A stretch of 32,000 bases of DNA from positions 2,370,001-2,402,000 of the forward strand of contig NC_002939.5 of NCBI RefSeq assembly GCF_000007985.2, read 5' to 3'. The notes below the pieces were generated by a model. That model had not been told where the DNA came from. It worked only from the letters and a program-made list of their open reading frames with translations, and did not search any database. The DNA is from Geobacter sulfurreducens PCA (GTDB lineage: Bacteria; Desulfobacterota; Desulfuromonadia; Geobacterales; Geobacteraceae). Positions within the stretch are counted from its first letter, which is position 1. The number at the start of each line of letters is the position of its first letter. Both the position numbers and the translations under genes were made by a program. Shown here one piece after another: positions 30,052-32,000 of this stretch.

Positions 30052-31239
30052 ATGCTACCGGTGGCCGACGACATGAAACACTCTCAGACCGAGACTACTC
30101 CAACCAGCCATTTCGCGCCGGCCGAACGTGCCTCTGACCGCCAAGTGGCGGAGATGGGCGGACGGGTTCTCGTGGACCGCGTACTCGGTGCACTGATCGA
30201 GGCATTGCCCGACTACATCCTCGTCCTGAACCGGGAACGTCAGGTCGTGGCGGCCAACCAGCGACTCCTCGAGGCCTTTGGCCTCACGGACATGGGTGCA
30301 ATTATGGGCAAACGCCCCGGCGAAGCCTTCGGCTGTACGTTCGCCTCGGACGGCCCCGGCGGGTGTGGCACCGATCACCACTGCTCGGTCTGCGGAGCGG
30401 TCCGGTCGATCCTGGAATGCCAGGAGAACAATGCCCCCAGCAGGCATGAGTGCCGCATTACCCTCAATCGCTCGGGTGGGCTTTCCCTTGACCTGGAAGT
30501 GCTCTCCAATCCGGCCCAGGTGGACGGCATCCCCGTCACGGTCTGCATCATCCGCGACATCAGCGACCGCAAGCGGCGCACCATCCTGGAACGGGTGTTT
30601 TTCCACGATGTCATCAATACGGTGGGAGGCCTGCACGGCATCGCCGCGCTGCTGGCCGAAGGGAAAGGGATCTCGCCGGAGAAGGAAGCCGAGTACAAAG
30701 AATGGATGGTGCACCTGTCGAACCGTCTCATCGACGAAATCAACCACCACCGCAAGCTGCTTGCCGCCGAGAAGGGAGAATTCCGGCCCGACCTGGGCAT
30801 GGTGGACGTGCAGCAACTGGCGCGCGAGGTTCAGGCCTTGTACGTGAACCACGACATTGCTCAGGGACGCAGACTTGTGCTCGGTCCCCTAGCGGAACTG
30901 ACCATCGTGAGCGATCTCCAGATCCTGCGGCGCATTCTCGGCAATCTGGTCAAAAACGCCCTTGAAGCGACACCCGAGGGAGGAACCGTCACCATTGCCG
31001 CGCGCCAGGAAGGGGACGGGGTCAGCTTCACCGTTCACAATCCGGGCCTGATTCCGCCAGAGGTCCAGTTGCAGATCTTCCAGCGCTCTTTCAGCACCAA
31101 GGAGGGCACCGGCCGCGGTATCGGCACTTACAGCGTCCGCCTCTTCGGCGAACGCTACCTGAAGGGTACCATCACCTTTACGAGCACCGAGCGCGAAGGC
31201 ACCACCTTTACCGCCAGCTTCCCCAGACAGATATCCTGA
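30052..31239 (+). CDS. sensor histidine kinase with Cys-rich N-terminal sensor domain; no adjacent response regulator
   Basis: The H-box is FFHDVINTVGGL, the N-box is LGNLVKNALEAT and the G-boxes are TGRGIGTYSV. The N-terminal domain carries C-x9-C-x5-C-x2-C-x8-C (nt 30334-30420). Confidence 0.85.
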   Translation: MLPVADDMKHSQTETTPTSHFAPAERASDRQVAEMGGRVLVDRVLGALIEALPDYILVLNRERQVVAANQRLLEAFGLTDMGAIMGKRPGEAFGCTFASDGPGGCGTDHHCSVCGAVRSILECQENNAPSRHECRITLNRSGGLSLDLEVLSNPAQVDGIPVTVCIIRDISDRKRRTILERVFFHDVINTVGGLHGIAALLAEGKGISPEKEAEYKEWMVHLSNRLIDEINHHRKLLAAEKGEFRPDLGMVDVQQLAREVQALYVNHDIAQGRRLVLGPLAELTIVSDLQILRRILGNLVKNALEATPEGGTVTIAARQEGDGVSFTVHNPGLIPPEVQLQIFQRSFSTKEGTGRGIGTYSVRLFGERYLKGTITFTSTEREGTTFTASFPRQIS

Positions 31240-31245
31240 GCCCGC

Positions 31246-31962
31246 TCACCCGAGCCGCTCTTCCAGCCGGCGAAAATATTCCCCGCGGCACCAGTTCTCC
31301 ACGGACACCAGGGCCCGGAACGCGTCGGCAAAGTCCGTCTCTCCCACCGTAAAGACCCCGTGGCCATAGACCACCGCCTTGCGCGGGCCCGCGATCGCCG
31401 GCGGCACCCTCCTGGCAAGCCCGCCGGCGCCGATCTCGCCCGCCACCACCGGCGTATCGCCGAGAAACCGCACCCGGTCGCACTCCTTCCAGCAGTCGGT
31501 AATGGCGCACCCTTCTTCCGCGCACTCCATGCTCATGATCACCGCGAACTTGGGGTGACCGTGAAGAATGGTCGCAGCGCCGGTAGCCTCGTAAATCCGC
31601 CGGTGGGCCAGGAGTTCGCTGGAGGCGGTAATGCCGAAGGTGGATGAATTGTCCGTGGGGACCGGGTCGATGCAGCCGGCCAGGGAATCCAGGCTCGCCG
31701 CGGTCTGGGAGATGTAGATCACCTCGCCGGCACGGCATGAAATGTTGCCGAAGAAGGAATCCACCAGCCCCCGTTCAACCGTGTAGCGCCCCACCGTGGC
31801 GATTTCGTCGAGGATCTCGTCCCGTTCCGCCAAGGGGCCGGACCGGAAGGCGAGCCCTTCATCCGTAAGCGGCCGGAGCCACTGGCTGCGGAACGCGGCA
31901 AATGCCTCCGCCTCCCCCGGCAGGATGAAGCCGTGGTGAAGCACATCCTGGAGATACTTCAC
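31246..31962 (-). CDS. class II aldolase/adducin-domain protein
   Basis: FGNISCRAGEVIYISQT, HGHPKFAV and VYGHGVFTVGETDFADAF match the class II aldolase/adducin N-terminal domain pattern. The listed start is a GTG. The frame stays open to the window edge, so the true start could be further right. Confidence 0.65.
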   Translation of the reverse strand: MKYLQDVLHHGFILPGEAEAFAAFRSQWLRPLTDEGLAFRSGPLAERDEILDEIATVGRYTVERGLVDSFFGNISCRAGEVIYISQTAASLDSLAGCIDPVPTDNSSTFGITASSELLAHRRIYEATGAATILHGHPKFAVIMSMECAEEGCAITDCWKECDRVRFLGDTPVVAGEIGAGGLARRVPPAIAGPRKAVVYGHGVFTVGETDFADAFRALVSVENWCRGEYFRRLEERLG

Positions 31963-32000
31963 GAAGGTCGAATGAAATACCGAGGAGTAGTTGATATAGG

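Noticed and set aside
23727-31738. Many long ORFs antisense or out of frame to the chromosomal genes (for example 23727-24251, 24417-25094, 25704-26246, 27514-28179, 28878-29447, 29447-30076, 30055-30852, 31208-31738)
   Set aside because: These are typical shadow ORFs of very GC-rich DNA. Their translations are Arg/Pro/Gly/Ala-rich without motifs, and each overlaps a gene with clear family signatures.

Overview
The window has two parts. Positions 1 to about 23,640 are the right-hand part of a mosaic integrated mobile element (plasmid- or ICE-like) that abuts the 3' end of a tRNA-Gly(CCC) gene. Positions 23,700-32,000 are visibly more GC-rich chromosomal genes: CCA-adding enzyme, flgM, an AttEFGH-like ABC exporter, an orphan histidine kinase and a class II aldolase.

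The element has three modules.
(1) Positions 1-12,630 form a long same-strand, tightly packed operon. It encodes a Cas4-like nuclease, a TSCPD protein and a CobS-like AAA+ ATPase. Next come a WGR protein, a DUF3150-like protein and a CobT-like HExxH/VWA protein. It ends with two unknowns, a 1118-aa N6-methyltransferase/SF2-helicase fusion, a CHC2 zinc-finger protein and a RadC/JAB protein.
(2) An IS3-like insertion is followed by an OmpA-like gene.
(3) Positions 15,450-23,320 are a lower-GC plasmid backbone. It carries an AlpA-like HTH gene, a TrfA-like initiator with six 17-bp iterons and an element-encoded sigma factor. It also has a parMRC-type partition locus whose parM is split by an IS4-family element with perfect 19-bp inverted repeats and a 9-bp target duplication, and a class II Fic protein.

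I saw no rRNA, no CRISPR array and no phage structural genes.

The most interesting candidates are:
- the CobS/CobT-like AAA+-VWA block, whose two embedded proteins both end in the identical C-terminal tripeptide WFW;
- a 20-bp motif repeated upstream of three transcription units of the plasmid-like module.

All family assignments come from motif recognition by eye. No database search was run. The host looks like a GC-rich, flagellated, possibly Geobacter-like bacterium, but that is only a guess.
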